63,715 nt of DNA, taken from IMG/VR virus record IMGVR_UViG_3300036859_000316, positions 1 to 63,715 of that record; one strand, 5' to 3'. Each line of letters begins with the position of its first letter. The stretch's first letter is position 1. Origin of the DNA: a virus. Lineage: Duplodnaviria; Caudoviricetes. Below, piece after piece: positions 1 through 8,968 of this stretch. A program made the position numbers and the translations under genes. Under the pieces are notes generated by a model that worked only from the letters and a program-made list of their open reading frames with translations, had not been told where the DNA came from and did no database searches.

Positions 1-254
1 AGCTCTTCCCGATCGGGGTCGGGGCGATCTTCGCGGGGCGAACTGGCTCGGCGCCGGGCGCGGGCTCATTCGCGATCGGGCCGGTGAGCAGGTCGAAGCC
101 CTTCTGCGTCTGCTGCCACAGGCCCCCCTTGTGCTTGGCGGCGAGCCCTTCGGCCTTGAGCTCGTCGAGGACTTCGACCAGCTCGGGGACGGTGTCGAGC
201 GGCGTATGGTCGTCGGGGTCGAGCCGCTCTAGAAGCGCCTCGGGGTCCCAGCCG
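1..254. repeat. Terminal direct repeat / circular assembly overlap (copy 1)
   Basis: Bases 1-254 match 63462-63715 except position 127 (C) vs 63588 (G); a gene reads across the junction. Confidence 0.95.
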
Positions 255-343
255 GCCTTTTCCTTCGGCGTCGTCAGGTGCCCGAGCACCCGACGGTGCA
301 CGTCGGAGGCGAACTGCCCGCCCGGATCAGCCGCATAGCCCAT
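1..343 (-). CDS. Hypothetical protein (114 aa) spanning the circular junction
   Basis: ATG at 343, MGYAADPGGQFASDVHRRVLGHL...PTPIGKS; TAA at 63460-63462 overlaps the ATG of the endonuclease VII gene (TAATG); not in the ORF track. Confidence 0.8.
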   Translation of the reverse strand, partial: MGYAADPGGQFASDVHRRVLGHLTTPKEKAGWDPEALLERLDPDDHTPLDTVPELVEVLDELKAEGLAAKHKGGLWQQTQKGFDLLTGPIANEPAPGAEPVRPAKIAPTPIGKS

Positions 344-348
344 GCGAC

Positions 349-528
349 TCAGCTCGACGAGTCGTCGGAGACTTCGATCACGCCGCCGGCCACGGAGAGC
401 GCCTCGGGGAGCGCCTCGTCGTCGGTGCCGGTGCCGTCCTTCGTGTAGGGCGGCTCGACCGCTGTGTCGCCGACCGGCCAACCGGAGTCTGCGGAAGTGA
501 TATGCACGCCCGATTTCTCAACAGCCAT
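349..528 (-). CDS. Small acidic hypothetical protein (59 aa)
   Basis: MAVEKSGVHITSADSGWPVGD...; TAGGCT 6 nt upstream of ATG; GC-rich third positions. Confidence 0.7.
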   Translation of the reverse strand: MAVEKSGVHITSADSGWPVGDTAVEPPYTKDGTGTDDEALPEALSVAGGVIEVSDDSSS

Positions 529-537
529 AAGCCCAGC

Positions 538-1212
538 CTACCGATTACGTCGCATGACGCCCCGAACTGGCTCTCGCTCCCAGTCGATCCCGGCGGCTGA
601 CCGGCGGGTGCCGATGAACTCGTAGGCTCGGCGATTGCCGGTGCGCCCGGCGATCAGGGACGGGCTGACGGCGACCGGGCGGTGATCGACGAGCGAGGGC
701 ACCGAGTACCAGCAGCGGACCTTCACCACGCTCGCGTACCAGGCAGCGATCCGGCCATCGTAGTTCGGGAGCTCGGGGTGCAGGTTGCCCCACTCGACGA
801 GCGGCTCGATATGCGCGGTGGGGAGGATGATCGCGACGCCCCACCACGGACCCGGCATCTCGATCCACGGGGAGCCCTGCGCCTGCGCCCGGAGCACCGC
901 CGGCGCGACGATGCGCTTCTTCGGGCGCGGCGCCCCCGTGTAGAGCGAGACGGGACGCTCGCCGGCGGCGCGGGCGGCACGTTCGGCCGCCACCAGCAGG
1001 TCGCGGCAGATGATCGCGTCGTCCTGAAGGCAAAGGTGCCACTTCGCCTTCGGGTCGTGGAGCAGCAGGGCACGGGTGCCCGTCTCCCAGCGGTCGCCGT
1101 ACTTGTCCCAGGCGACGGGCACGCCGGGCAGCCGGCGCCGAAGCTGAGCGACGAACCGGCCCCGGCTTCGGTGGGCCATGATCGAAACGGAGAGCTCAGG
1201 CCGCCGCGCCAT
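538..1212 (-). CDS. Putative glycosyltransferase (GT-A-like, actinophage type)
   Basis: SVSIMAHRSR...WHLCLQDDAII...PSLVDH motifs; neighbours are GT32 and FkbM genes; start placed at MARRPEL. Confidence 0.65.
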   Translation of the reverse strand: MARRPELSVSIMAHRSRGRFVAQLRRRLPGVPVAWDKYGDRWETGTRALLLHDPKAKWHLCLQDDAIICRDLLVAAERAARAAGERPVSLYTGAPRPKKRIVAPAVLRAQAQGSPWIEMPGPWWGVAIILPTAHIEPLVEWGNLHPELPNYDGRIAAWYASVVKVRCWYSVPSLVDHRPVAVSPSLIAGRTGNRRAYEFIGTRRSAAGIDWEREPVRGVMRRNR

Positions 1213-1840
1213 GCCGCCACTCTTCGAGGGGTGTCGCGCCGAAGGTCTTCGTGTGGGTGTAGCCGAGCGATTCGAGCTCGGCGGCATTTCGCAGGTGGGC
1301 CTCGTCATCGGTGGCCTCGGCGAAGATCAGCGGGCGCTCGCGGGCGATCGTCTCCCGAGCGCCGCGGAGCACCTGCGGCTCCATGCCCTCGACGTCGATC
1401 TTGAGCAGCGAGACGCCGCTGAGGTTGTAGTCGTCCAGCAGCCCCACCGGCACTAGGCCGTCGGCCGGGAAGGATGCCCCGATTACGTGGGCGGGGGCGC
1501 CGGTCACCTTGCCCCTGCCAGCTTTGTCGCCGAGCGCCAGCGGCCATACGGTCACGAGCTCACCGAGCTCATTCAGCGCCACGTTGCGGGTCAGCCGCTC
1601 ATGGTCGAGCGGCTCCACCGCGATCACGCGCAGGCCGCAGACGGCGGCGAACCAGAGGGTGTGATTGCCGACGCCCGCACCGACGTCGACGGCGAGCCCG
1701 CCGAGCTTTTGCCGGTAGATGTGTTGGAGCACCCGCGCCTCATACGGAACGCCCTCACGCAGCGAGCGGCCGATCAGCCCGCCCGGGTCCTCGATCCAAT
1801 AACTGCACCCGTGGGCGTTGATCTTGAGCAGCTCAGCCAA
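1196..1840 (-). CDS. FkbM family SAM-dependent methyltransferase
   Basis: VDVGAGVGNHT, AVEP, LLKIDVEGMEPQVLRGA motifs. Confidence 0.9.
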   Translation of the reverse strand: MAELLKINAHGCSYWIEDPGGLIGRSLREGVPYEARVLQHIYRQKLGGLAVDVGAGVGNHTLWFAAVCGLRVIAVEPLDHERLTRNVALNELGELVTVWPLALGDKAGRGKVTGAPAHVIGASFPADGLVPVGLLDDYNLSGVSLLKIDVEGMEPQVLRGARETIARERPLIFAEATDDEAHLRNAAELESLGYTHTKTFGATPLEEWRHGAAA

Positions 1841-2540
1841 CGGCGATCCCCCGCTCGCGGATCTGGTTCGCCCACCAGTGACAACCGTAGGCCTCCGGCC
1901 AGCGCTCGGCCGGGTCGAACTCACCGGGCAGGTAAGTGCCGGCCTCGCGCCACCCGAAGGGGAAGAACAGCGCCTCGGGGAGCACCTTCAGCGGGCGGTT
2001 GGCGACGTGGTGGGAGCGGGTGAGGAAGTGCGGCCCGGTCATGCGATTGGGGCGCCGGCCGCGGTGGGCCTTGACGCTCGCCGGCAGGCCGCCGATCAGG
2101 CGGTCGAGGAAGGGGTGCCCCGCCACGGCGCCCATCAGGCCATTCGCGATCCAGCGGCCCTCGACCTCCCAGACGGCGAAGCAGTCGACGCCTTCGAGCA
2201 GCGGGTCGATCGGGCGCAGGGCTTGGAAGTCGTGATCGACGTACACCCCGCCGTGGCGCGCGAGCAGCTCGTAGCGCAGGACGTCGGAGCGAAGCTGCCC
2301 GACGTGGTTCGGGGCGAGCGAGGGGGCCTCGTCGTAGATCCGCTGGTTGACGAGCGGGAAGAGCTCGGGGACGTTGGCGTCGGTCCACTGGCGAAGCTCC
2401 CAGCCCGGTTGCAGCCAGGTCTCCGCGAACGGCCGCGTCCAGTCGGGCTCCGGGCCCCCGATCCAGACGCGGTGAATGAGCCGGGGGAGGCTAGGCGCTG
2501 AGGGCGGCGACGTAATCCGCCTTGCGCCGCTTGCCGCCAA
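1833..2540 (-). CDS. GT32 / DXD sugar-binding glycosyltransferase (start uncertain)
   Basis: LPRLIHRVWIG, WTDAN, RSDVLRYELLARHGGVYVDHD, TGPHFLT, HWW motifs. Confidence 0.88.
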   Translation of the reverse strand: MAASGARRITSPPSAPSLPRLIHRVWIGGPEPDWTRPFAETWLQPGWELRQWTDANVPELFPLVNQRIYDEAPSLAPNHVGQLRSDVLRYELLARHGGVYVDHDFQALRPIDPLLEGVDCFAVWEVEGRWIANGLMGAVAGHPFLDRLIGGLPASVKAHRGRRPNRMTGPHFLTRSHHVANRPLKVLPEALFFPFGWREAGTYLPGEFDPAERWPEAYGCHWWANQIRERGIAVG

Positions 2541-2790
2541 CCTTGACGCCGCGCTCGGTGGCGAGCTTGCGCAACTCGGGCACCGTGAGGTCTTCGAGCG
2601 CTGAGGCGCGGGTCGGCCGCGGGATCGAGGCGGTCGTGATCGTGCCGCCGCCGCCGACGAGCACCTGACGCAGATCCGCCGACGTCGCTCGCGGGGGGAA
2701 GGGGATCCCGCGCTCCGCAGCGAGCTCTTCGAGCTTGCGCGGTGACAGGCTCCGCAGCTCGCGCATCGTCAGTGGCCGGGGGTCGGCCAT
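2491..2790 (-). CDS. Rho-N/HeH-like repeat protein following the capsid gene
   Basis: Two copies of L(E)xLT/SxxEL(R)xLAxERG; usual position after the major capsid gene. Confidence 0.7.
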   Translation of the reverse strand: MADPRPLTMRELRSLSPRKLEELAAERGIPFPPRATSADLRQVLVGGGGTITTASIPRPTRASALEDLTVPELRKLATERGVKVGGKRRKADYVAALSA

Positions 2791-2794
2791 CGGA

Positions 2795-3760
2795 TTAGGA
2801 GGTTCCGGCGACCGTCAGGCCGTAGACGTCGACTGCGGCGTCGAGCTCTTCGACGATCACGTCGGGCTTGACGAAGTAGATGTAGCCGCGCTTGTCACGT
2901 GTCAGGAGCTCCCAGTCGGTCTCGCCCGTGACCTTGCCCTTGCGGACCTCCCAGGTGACCACCCGGACGAGGTTCGAGGGCGAGGTCAGCACGAGGCGGT
3001 CGTCGGGGAAGGCCGGGACCGGGATGAACTCGATATTGAGCGGCCGGTTCGCCTGCCCGCCGCCGAACAACGCCGCGTCGCCGGCGGCGGTGTTGCGCTC
3101 GGTCAGGTACTCGACCCAGGAGATCGACTGCACCGGCGAGCCTAGGAAGGCGAGGTTGCCGGCGTTGACGAACTTGTTCGGCATCGCCTTGATCGCCGCG
3201 AAGAAGTGCTCCTTGTGAATGTTGCCCGAGGCGTCGCCGTAGGCGGTGGCGTCGATCCGGTGGCTGGCGGCAAGGTTGTCTTCGAGGATCTTGAGGATGC
3301 CGTCGTTGATCCCGATGAAGTCGTCGCCGGTCTGGGACTCGTCGCCGTTCACGTCGAGGTCTTCCCAGTCGAGCGCGAACTGCTGCGTCATCTCGTCGGT
3401 GATCTTCGCCTCGACCGCCTGCTCTTCGATGTTCTCGTGGAAGACGTCCTCGGTGACCTCCCAGGGCAGCCGCAGCTTCTTCGTCGCGTACTCGACGGTC
3501 GGGAACTGGACCTCGGCCCGGTAGCCGTCGTCCGCGTTCTCGGCGGCGGCCCGGATCAGGCGACCGCCCGAAGTGAGCTTGTTGAGCTCGCCGGTCTCGG
3601 CCCGGCGCCGCTCAAGCCGCATCTTCGAGCTGAGGACGGCCTTGTCCTTGATCGTCTGGATGAAGGCCGCAGACTGCTCGGGACTGAGCATCCCGCCGGC
3701 GGCGACCGCTCGGTCGACCGTCGCCTTCTGAACCAGGGAAAGTGCTTGGCGGCGATCCAT
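2795..3760 (-). CDS. Major capsid protein (HK97 fold)
   Basis: 321 aa; GGMLSPEQSAAFI, WEVTEDVFHENIE, DLDVNGD; directly after protease/scaffold. Confidence 0.88.
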   Translation of the reverse strand: MDRRQALSLVQKATVDRAVAAGGMLSPEQSAAFIQTIKDKAVLSSKMRLERRRAETGELNKLTSGGRLIRAAAENADDGYRAEVQFPTVEYATKKLRLPWEVTEDVFHENIEEQAVEAKITDEMTQQFALDWEDLDVNGDESQTGDDFIGINDGILKILEDNLAASHRIDATAYGDASGNIHKEHFFAAIKAMPNKFVNAGNLAFLGSPVQSISWVEYLTERNTAAGDAALFGGGQANRPLNIEFIPVPAFPDDRLVLTSPSNLVRVVTWEVRKGKVTGETDWELLTRDKRGYIYFVKPDVIVEELDAAVDVYGLTVAGTS

Positions 3761-5853
3761 TAGCCCAGGATCCCCACGAGATTCGGATCGAGCTTGCGAT
3801 CCTCGTAAGCCTTTACGACGCGCTCGGCCTTCGCGCCCTCGTCGTCGTCGTCAGTCGTACCCTCGTCGCCGTTCTGGGAGGTCGTGCCGTCGCCGAGCTT
3901 CTCGATCGCCTCGCCGAGCTCGTCGACCTTGCCGGAGACCTCGTCCAAGGACTTCTGAAGCTCGTCGGCGGTCGGGGACTTCTCTTCGTCCTCGTCGTCT
4001 TCCTCGGCGGCCTTGACGAGCGTGTCGACCGCGCCGGCCATCTTCACCACGAGGCCCGGCTCGTCGTCGTCGCCGATCAGCTTCTTCTCAAGCCCGTCGA
4101 GGCGCTCTTCAACGCCCTCGACCCGCTTGAGCTCGTCTTCGGTGAGTCCCATCTCGCTTTCGAGGCTACCACCATCCTCCGCTGACGCCACCGGGCTGAA
4201 CTTCGCCAGCGTGTCCGGCACTTCCTCGCCGGCGGCTCGATAGGCCGCGGCGAGCTTGCGCTTCGCCGCCGCGAGCTGCACCGAGCTCGCGCCCTTGACA
4301 CCGCCCCGGCCGCCAGCGAGGGCGGCGGCAGCGGGCCCGAGCGCGTTGACGTTGAGGACTCCGTTCGGCTCGCGGATCGGCAGCCCGTAGCGCTGCTTCG
4401 GGGTGCCGGCGTTGTCGCCGCGGTCGAGGACGCACGAGCGCTTGTATTGATCGTCGGTGAACCGGGAGGCCGAGCCGTCCCATGCCGCGTCGGTCGTCTT
4501 CGCGGCCTTCTCGACCTTCTCGCCGTTGTCGGCGAGCCACTTCGCCGGATCCTTGAAGATCGCTGAGCGCACCGCCGGCGGGATGCCGTCCGGGTACTTC
4601 TTCCGGGCCGCGGCCATCGCCGCCTTGACAGCGCCGGAACGCGCCGCGATCCCCGCCTTCACGAGCTCGTCGCGGGCCGCTTCGATCTCGCGATCATCGG
4701 CGACCTGCTGCGCGAACTTCTCGATCCCGGTCTCGCCAACCAGTTCGAGCGCCCAGTCCTTGAACTCGTCGAGCGACTGCCCGATCAGGTCGGTCGGGGT
4801 GCGGGTTTCGCCCTCGGGCGGATAGAAGGCGCTGAAGATCGCCGAGCGCAGGGCCTCGAAGGCGTCGGGCAGCTCATCCTCGAAGTCGCGCTGCGCATAG
4901 GCCTCGCCGAAGGTCCGCGCCTTCGCCTTCTCGACCTCGTCGAGCTCGGCCAGCTCGTCGGGCTTCAGCCCAACCGCCTCGCCGATCTTTCGCAGCACCT
5001 TCCGACTCACGCTGTCTTCCAGCGTATCGCCGTCGCCCTTTGACACCTTGCCGCGCCACCTGGTCGTGCCGCGGATCAGATCCTTGAGGACAGCGCAGCG
5101 GCGCTTCGCGTGACCCGGCGACAGCCCGTGCTTCACCTGATCGCGGTAGCAGGACGTGAACGGGTGGGGCTTCGAGGCGTAGTGGCGCAGCAGCGGCGCG
5201 AGCTTCTTCCGGTCGGCGACGCTGACGTTGGCGGTGCCGGGCTTCGTGAAGGCCTCGGCCTTTTCGAGCTTCTCGAAGAGCTCCCAGCAGTCGGCGCATC
5301 CGGGCAGCGGCTCGGCAGCCTTCTCGACGAGCTCGCGCCGGCCGAGGCCCTCGATCGAGATCCCGGTGAACTCGCCCTTGTCGATCGCCTCGCGGCCCGC
5401 GTCATTCGGCCTGATCGCGATCACCCACGAGCCCTTGCGGATCGTCTCGGAGCCGACCATGAAGTCAGCCGGGGCGACGTAGTTCTCGACCACGGTGCCC
5501 CATGGATCGAGCGACTTGTGCATCGCGTTGACGAGCGCCCCCGACTCCATGAAGCGGTGCGCCGCCTTGCGGATCTCGTCCTCGTCGGCCCACTCGTCGG
5601 GGATCGACTGGTCGGTGGCGGCCTTGCCGGGGTCTTCCTGCCAGCCCGGCTCGGCCACGACGCAGTAGGCGGCATCCCATCCGTCGGCCTTGACGATCCG
5701 CTGCGCCGCCGGCAGGATGAGCGCGTCGGTGTCCGGCTCGTCTGACTCAGCGACCTCGCCCGACTTCAGCAGCACCCACCGCTTGCGGTTGGCACCCTTC
5801 GAGACCAGGGAGATCGCGGTCGGGCGAACGTCACGGAGTAGATGAACCTTCAC
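3760..5853 (-). CDS. XkdF-like prohead protease fused to extra domains and a C-terminal scaffold
   Basis: ISLVSKGAN; EIRKAAHRFM...MH...VVENYVAP...KGSWV...GEFTGISIEG; DUF6582-like YGLPIREPNGVLNVNAL; acidic coiled-coil tail. Confidence 0.85.
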   Translation of the reverse strand: MKVHLLRDVRPTAISLVSKGANRKRWVLLKSGEVAESDEPDTDALILPAAQRIVKADGWDAAYCVVAEPGWQEDPGKAATDQSIPDEWADEDEIRKAAHRFMESGALVNAMHKSLDPWGTVVENYVAPADFMVGSETIRKGSWVIAIRPNDAGREAIDKGEFTGISIEGLGRRELVEKAAEPLPGCADCWELFEKLEKAEAFTKPGTANVSVADRKKLAPLLRHYASKPHPFTSCYRDQVKHGLSPGHAKRRCAVLKDLIRGTTRWRGKVSKGDGDTLEDSVSRKVLRKIGEAVGLKPDELAELDEVEKAKARTFGEAYAQRDFEDELPDAFEALRSAIFSAFYPPEGETRTPTDLIGQSLDEFKDWALELVGETGIEKFAQQVADDREIEAARDELVKAGIAARSGAVKAAMAAARKKYPDGIPPAVRSAIFKDPAKWLADNGEKVEKAAKTTDAAWDGSASRFTDDQYKRSCVLDRGDNAGTPKQRYGLPIREPNGVLNVNALGPAAAALAGGRGGVKGASSVQLAAAKRKLAAAYRAAGEEVPDTLAKFSPVASAEDGGSLESEMGLTEDELKRVEGVEERLDGLEKKLIGDDDEPGLVVKMAGAVDTLVKAAEEDDEDEEKSPTADELQKSLDEVSGKVDELGEAIEKLGDGTTSQNGDEGTTDDDDEGAKAERVVKAYEDRKLDPNLVGILG

Positions 5854-5872
5854 ACCACGAGGCTACCCGGAA

Positions 5873-5907
5873 CCACGAACGGCGCCCCAAAGTTGGCGCC
5901 GTCGTGG
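5873..5907. terminator. GC-rich hairpin, probable terminator of the inserted cassette
   Basis: CCACGA-ACGGCGCC / GGCGCCGT-CGTGG inverted repeat between the HTH gene and the protease promoter. Confidence 0.5.
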
Positions 5908-5939
5908 GCTAAGCAACGGAAAGGAACCGGCCTCGAAGC

Positions 5940-6149
5940 CTACTGCAACCCCGGAGAGACTTCGACCAGCTCGCGCCGGTACTTCACCACCCAGCGCCGC
6001 ACCGCGGAGGCCCGCCAGATCCGCCCGTTCGCGAGCTCGTAGGCCGGCTTCGGGAAGCGCGGCGTCCCGGTCCAGTAGTCGACCCGCTGCGGCTTGACGC
6101 CGTAGGCCTTCGCGATCTCGGTCACGCCCCAGAGCTCAGTCGGTGCCAT
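5940..6149 (-). CDS. Small HTH DNA-binding protein (AlpA/excisionase-like)
   Basis: LWGVTEIAKAYGVKPQRVDYW...FPKP...GRIWRASAVRRW. Confidence 0.8.
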   Translation of the reverse strand: MAPTELWGVTEIAKAYGVKPQRVDYWTGTPRFPKPAYELANGRIWRASAVRRWVVKYRRELVEVSPGLQ

Positions 6150-6519
6150 TGTCGCGCCCCCTTGGGTGGTCGCTTGAGTCGCGAAGCCCGAGTGACAGCA
6201 GCCGGTCAGTGAAGGCGTCGCGGCTCTCGACCTCGGCCAGTAGGTCGACCTTCGCTCGATCAGCCGCGGCGAGAAGGTCGCGGAACGCCGCTAGGCCGTC
6301 CCCGAATACGCAGGCGTGCGGGGTCAGCGAATCGTTGCTCCCCAACCGCTTTAGCTCGATCTTGAACTCACCGCGCTCGCCGACCCCGCCGCCCTCTCGC
6401 TCGCGGTAGAACTCGCCGACCATGAAGTCGGCCTCCGGTGGAGGCGAGCCGTAGAGCGGCACCGTGTCGGCGTAGCGCTGTCGGTGGTGATCGTAGAAGG
6501 CCAGTTTCCGCTTCGCCAT
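6136..6519 (-). CDS. Hypothetical protein
   Basis: Open frame with phage-like codon usage; closely packed with neighbours. Confidence 0.7.
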   Translation of the reverse strand: MAKRKLAFYDHHRQRYADTVPLYGSPPPEADFMVGEFYREREGGGVGERGEFKIELKRLGSNDSLTPHACVFGDGLAAFRDLLAAADRAKVDLLAEVESRDAFTDRLLSLGLRDSSDHPRGRDNGTD

Positions 6520-6521
6520 TG

Positions 6522-6980
6522 TCAGCTCCCCTCGGCCGGGCACTCGCCGAATGTCGGGTGACGCTCGCCTCGGTAGAGCTCGGTCAGGAGCGGCAGGATC
6601 TCGGTCCCCGAGTCGAGCAGGTAGACCCGAACCCGGCCCTGCTTGTAGTTGGCCTCGATCCCGTAGACCGCGTAGTGGGCGGTCTCGGGCTGGTAGCCGG
6701 CTATGGCCGGGTGACCGTCGACGACGTCCGGCCAGCTCAGATACCCGTCAGCCGCCACCATCGAGACCTTCGGCAGCCCGAGCTCTCGGATGCAGGCCTT
6801 GATCGCCTCGCCGGGCATGAAGCCCATCTCCAGCGGCGACCCATCGGCCGGCAGATCCTCCCAGGTCAGGCCGGCGAACGCCCGCTCGACCCGCTCGCGA
6901 TCATCGGGGCCGGTGAACTTGGCGCCGACCTCGGTCCAGTTGCGCTCAACTGTTGCGGTCATGGTTCCTCCGTTCTCCAT
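6522..6980 (-). CDS. Hypothetical protein
   Basis: Open frame downstream of a TATAAT box. Confidence 0.7.
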   Translation of the reverse strand: MENGGTMTATVERNWTEVGAKFTGPDDRERVERAFAGLTWEDLPADGSPLEMGFMPGEAIKACIRELGLPKVSMVAADGYLSWPDVVDGHPAIAGYQPETAHYAVYGIEANYKQGRVRVYLLDSGTEILPLLTELYRGERHPTFGECPAEGS

Positions 6981-7018
6981 ACAGGCCCATTATAGGGCAT
7001 CGTCTGTACCCCGTACAG
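6976..7018 (-). promoter_or_regulatory. Promoter with TATAAT -10 and palindromic operator CTGTAC-CCC-GTACAG
   Basis: TATAAT at 6989-6994 (minus), palindrome 7004-7018, CCTGTATGGA at the start codon; twin of 9161-9202. Confidence 0.7.
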
Positions 7019-7466
7019 TCGTGACGAGTATCTCCGCGTTGCTCGCGTCATAGCCGCGGGTGCGCCGACCTTTCGGCAGCACCGCCAGCGGGGCGCCCTC
7101 GGCGTCGAACACGAGCCGGGCATCCTCGTACTCGCTCAGCAGGCCGGTGCCGCCGACGTAGTGGCCGGGGCGGTAGACGATGATCCGCGCGTACCGGCGG
7201 CGCTCATCGGGCTCGCCCCGCTCGACCTTCACGTAGCCGCTGCTGCGCGCCTCCGCGATCTTCTCCTGCTCGCGCTCGATCGCCCAGAGCGACGAGAGCA
7301 GGTAGATGGCCCTCCCTTCGTCCGGCGACCCCGCGAGGGCCGGAATCCGCCCCTCGAAGTCGCTGTTGTAAAACAGGCCGGACTCGCGCAGCGCCGCGTA
7401 CTCGGCGAGAAACGAGCGGACCTGCTCTTTGTCCCCCCAGTTGCCATTCCACCTAAACGTGCTCAT
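6990..7466 (-). CDS. Hypothetical protein
   Basis: MSTFRWNGNWG...; ATGA overlap with the upstream gene. Confidence 0.7.
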   Translation of the reverse strand: MSTFRWNGNWGDKEQVRSFLAEYAALRESGLFYNSDFEGRIPALAGSPDEGRAIYLLSSLWAIEREQEKIAEARSSGYVKVERGEPDERRRYARIIVYRPGHYVGGTGLLSEYEDARLVFDAEGAPLAVLPKGRRTRGYDASNAEILVTTVRGTDDAL

Positions 7467-7792
7467 GCTGTCCTCCCTTCTGACCGCTGCCCGAGATCCT
7501 CGAAGGCCGCGGTCCGGGTCAGGTCGTAGTGGCCGGACTGGAAGAACACGACGCCGGCGGACTCCGCGCGGCGGTCGCAATACTCGGCGGTGCCGTACTC
7601 GCGACCCTCGAAGGGCGCGACGGCCCGCTCGAACGCGACGAGCCCCCAGGGAACCTCGCCCGCGCGCTGCCGGCACTCGATCGTGCCGATGATCTTCCAG
7701 CCGTTCTTTTTCGCTGCGGTCTCGATCGCAGCGGCGAGCTCGTCGGCCGGCGATCCCCCTCGGCCTCCGTAGGGGTTGCGGATCTCACTCAT
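7463..7792 (-). CDS. Hypothetical protein
   Basis: MSEIRNPYG...FFQSGHYDLT; ATGA overlap. Confidence 0.7.
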   Translation of the reverse strand: MSEIRNPYGGRGGSPADELAAAIETAAKKNGWKIIGTIECRQRAGEVPWGLVAFERAVAPFEGREYGTAEYCDRRAESAGVVFFQSGHYDLTRTAAFEDLGQRSEGRTA

Positions 7793-8469
7793 GGTGCTCC
7801 CTTCGTTTCGCAGTCGGCGCAGACGACCTCGCGCGTGCGCCGGTAGTAGGTCATTGGGTCGCCCTTCTCGACCGGCTCGCGGCACTCCGCGCACTCGCCG
7901 GCGTACCGCGCGTACATGGTCCGGCCAGGCCCGCGCGGATCGGGGTCGGCCGCCTCGCGCTCAAGCTGCGCGAGCCGCTTCCTCGTGCGGCTGATATTGC
8001 CGGTGAGGTTGGTCGTCGCGTAGCCCGGGTAAGGCAGGGCCTGGGCTCGCTCGTAGGCGGGCAGGGCCTTGAGCTCGGCCCGGTGCGCCTTCCGGTACTC
8101 GGCGTTGGCCGCCTTGATCTTCTCGCGCTTAGCTTCGAGCTCGGCCAACTTCTCGCGCAGCCGCTCGACCGCGTCCGGGTCGTCGGAGTAGATCGCGTGC
8201 TCGGCCGCGGCCTCGATGTTGTCGGCGCGCTCGCTCATGCGCTCGGCCGTCCTCAGCGACTCGACCCGCCGGCCCATCGCATCCCAGGCCCGGTCGACGT
8301 CGCGCCGGTGGCGGCGCTCGGAGTGGTGGCCGACCAAGATCGGCTGGCCGAACGGGATCTGATCGGCGCGGCGCTCGGCCGCGGACTTCTGCGAGTCGCG
8401 CGCCTCGCGCTTGCCGGCCCACTCGCGCAGCCGCTCGGCCTTGGCTAGTCGGCGCTCGCGGTAGGTCAC
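7789..8469 (-). CDS. DUF3560 domain protein with C-terminal Zn-ribbon
   Basis: IPFGQPILVGHHSERRHRRD, AIYSDDPDAVERL; CAEC...CADC. Confidence 0.85.
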   Translation of the reverse strand: MTYRERRLAKAERLREWAGKREARDSQKSAAERRADQIPFGQPILVGHHSERRHRRDVDRAWDAMGRRVESLRTAERMSERADNIEAAAEHAIYSDDPDAVERLREKLAELEAKREKIKAANAEYRKAHRAELKALPAYERAQALPYPGYATTNLTGNISRTRKRLAQLEREAADPDPRGPGRTMYARYAGECAECREPVEKGDPMTYYRRTREVVCADCETKGAP

Positions 8470-8747
8470 TTGGCCTCCCGACGTCGGCGCCGCTCAGCCT
8501 TGACGAGCCGGCCCCACGAAGGCGGGATCAGGTCGAGCTGCACGGCGGCGAGCTCGGCATCGCTCATCCGGCGATAGGAGGCGACGGCCTGGTCGAGCGG
8601 GGTCGCCGACTCGCCGCCCAGGAGCCGGTCAGCCTGGGCCTGCGTGATCTCGCCCATATCGAGCAGCGAGCCGACCGCCTCGTCGAAGCTCTCGCCGAGC
8701 TCGTTGGCGAGGGCCTCGACCTTGGCCCTTGCGCTCAGCCCGGTCAC
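8466..8747 (-). CDS. Hypothetical protein
   Basis: GTGA overlaps at both ends. Confidence 0.6.
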   Translation of the reverse strand: MTGLSARAKVEALANELGESFDEAVGSLLDMGEITQAQADRLLGGESATPLDQAVASYRRMSDAELAAVQLDLIPPSWGRLVKAERRRRREAK

Positions 8748-8968
8748 TTGGCCGCCCCCAACTTCTCGGCCAGTGCGAGCCGGTAGAAGTTGGGCGCCAC
8801 CAGCGGCAGGCCGGCGTTCGACCTGATCCGATCGCTCGCGGTCTGGGCCCGCTCGCATGCCGCCGAGAGCGACACGAGCTCGGCCTCGGTCGGCTTGCGA
8901 CGGCCGGCCTTGCCGCTCTTCGTGCGCTTGCCCTTGAGCACGAAGTCAATGCCCTCTAGCTTCCTCAC
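8744..8968 (-). CDS. Hypothetical protein
   Basis: GTGA overlaps at both ends. Confidence 0.6.
   Translation of the reverse strand: MRKLEGIDFVLKGKRTKSGKAGRRKPTEAELVSLSAACERAQTASDRIRSNAGLPLVAPNFYRLALAEKLGAAK

Noticed and set aside
1-254. Biological terminal repeat of the virion DNA
   Set aside because: It falls mid-gene, and 254 bp with a mismatch at base 127 fits an assembler overlap around a SNP
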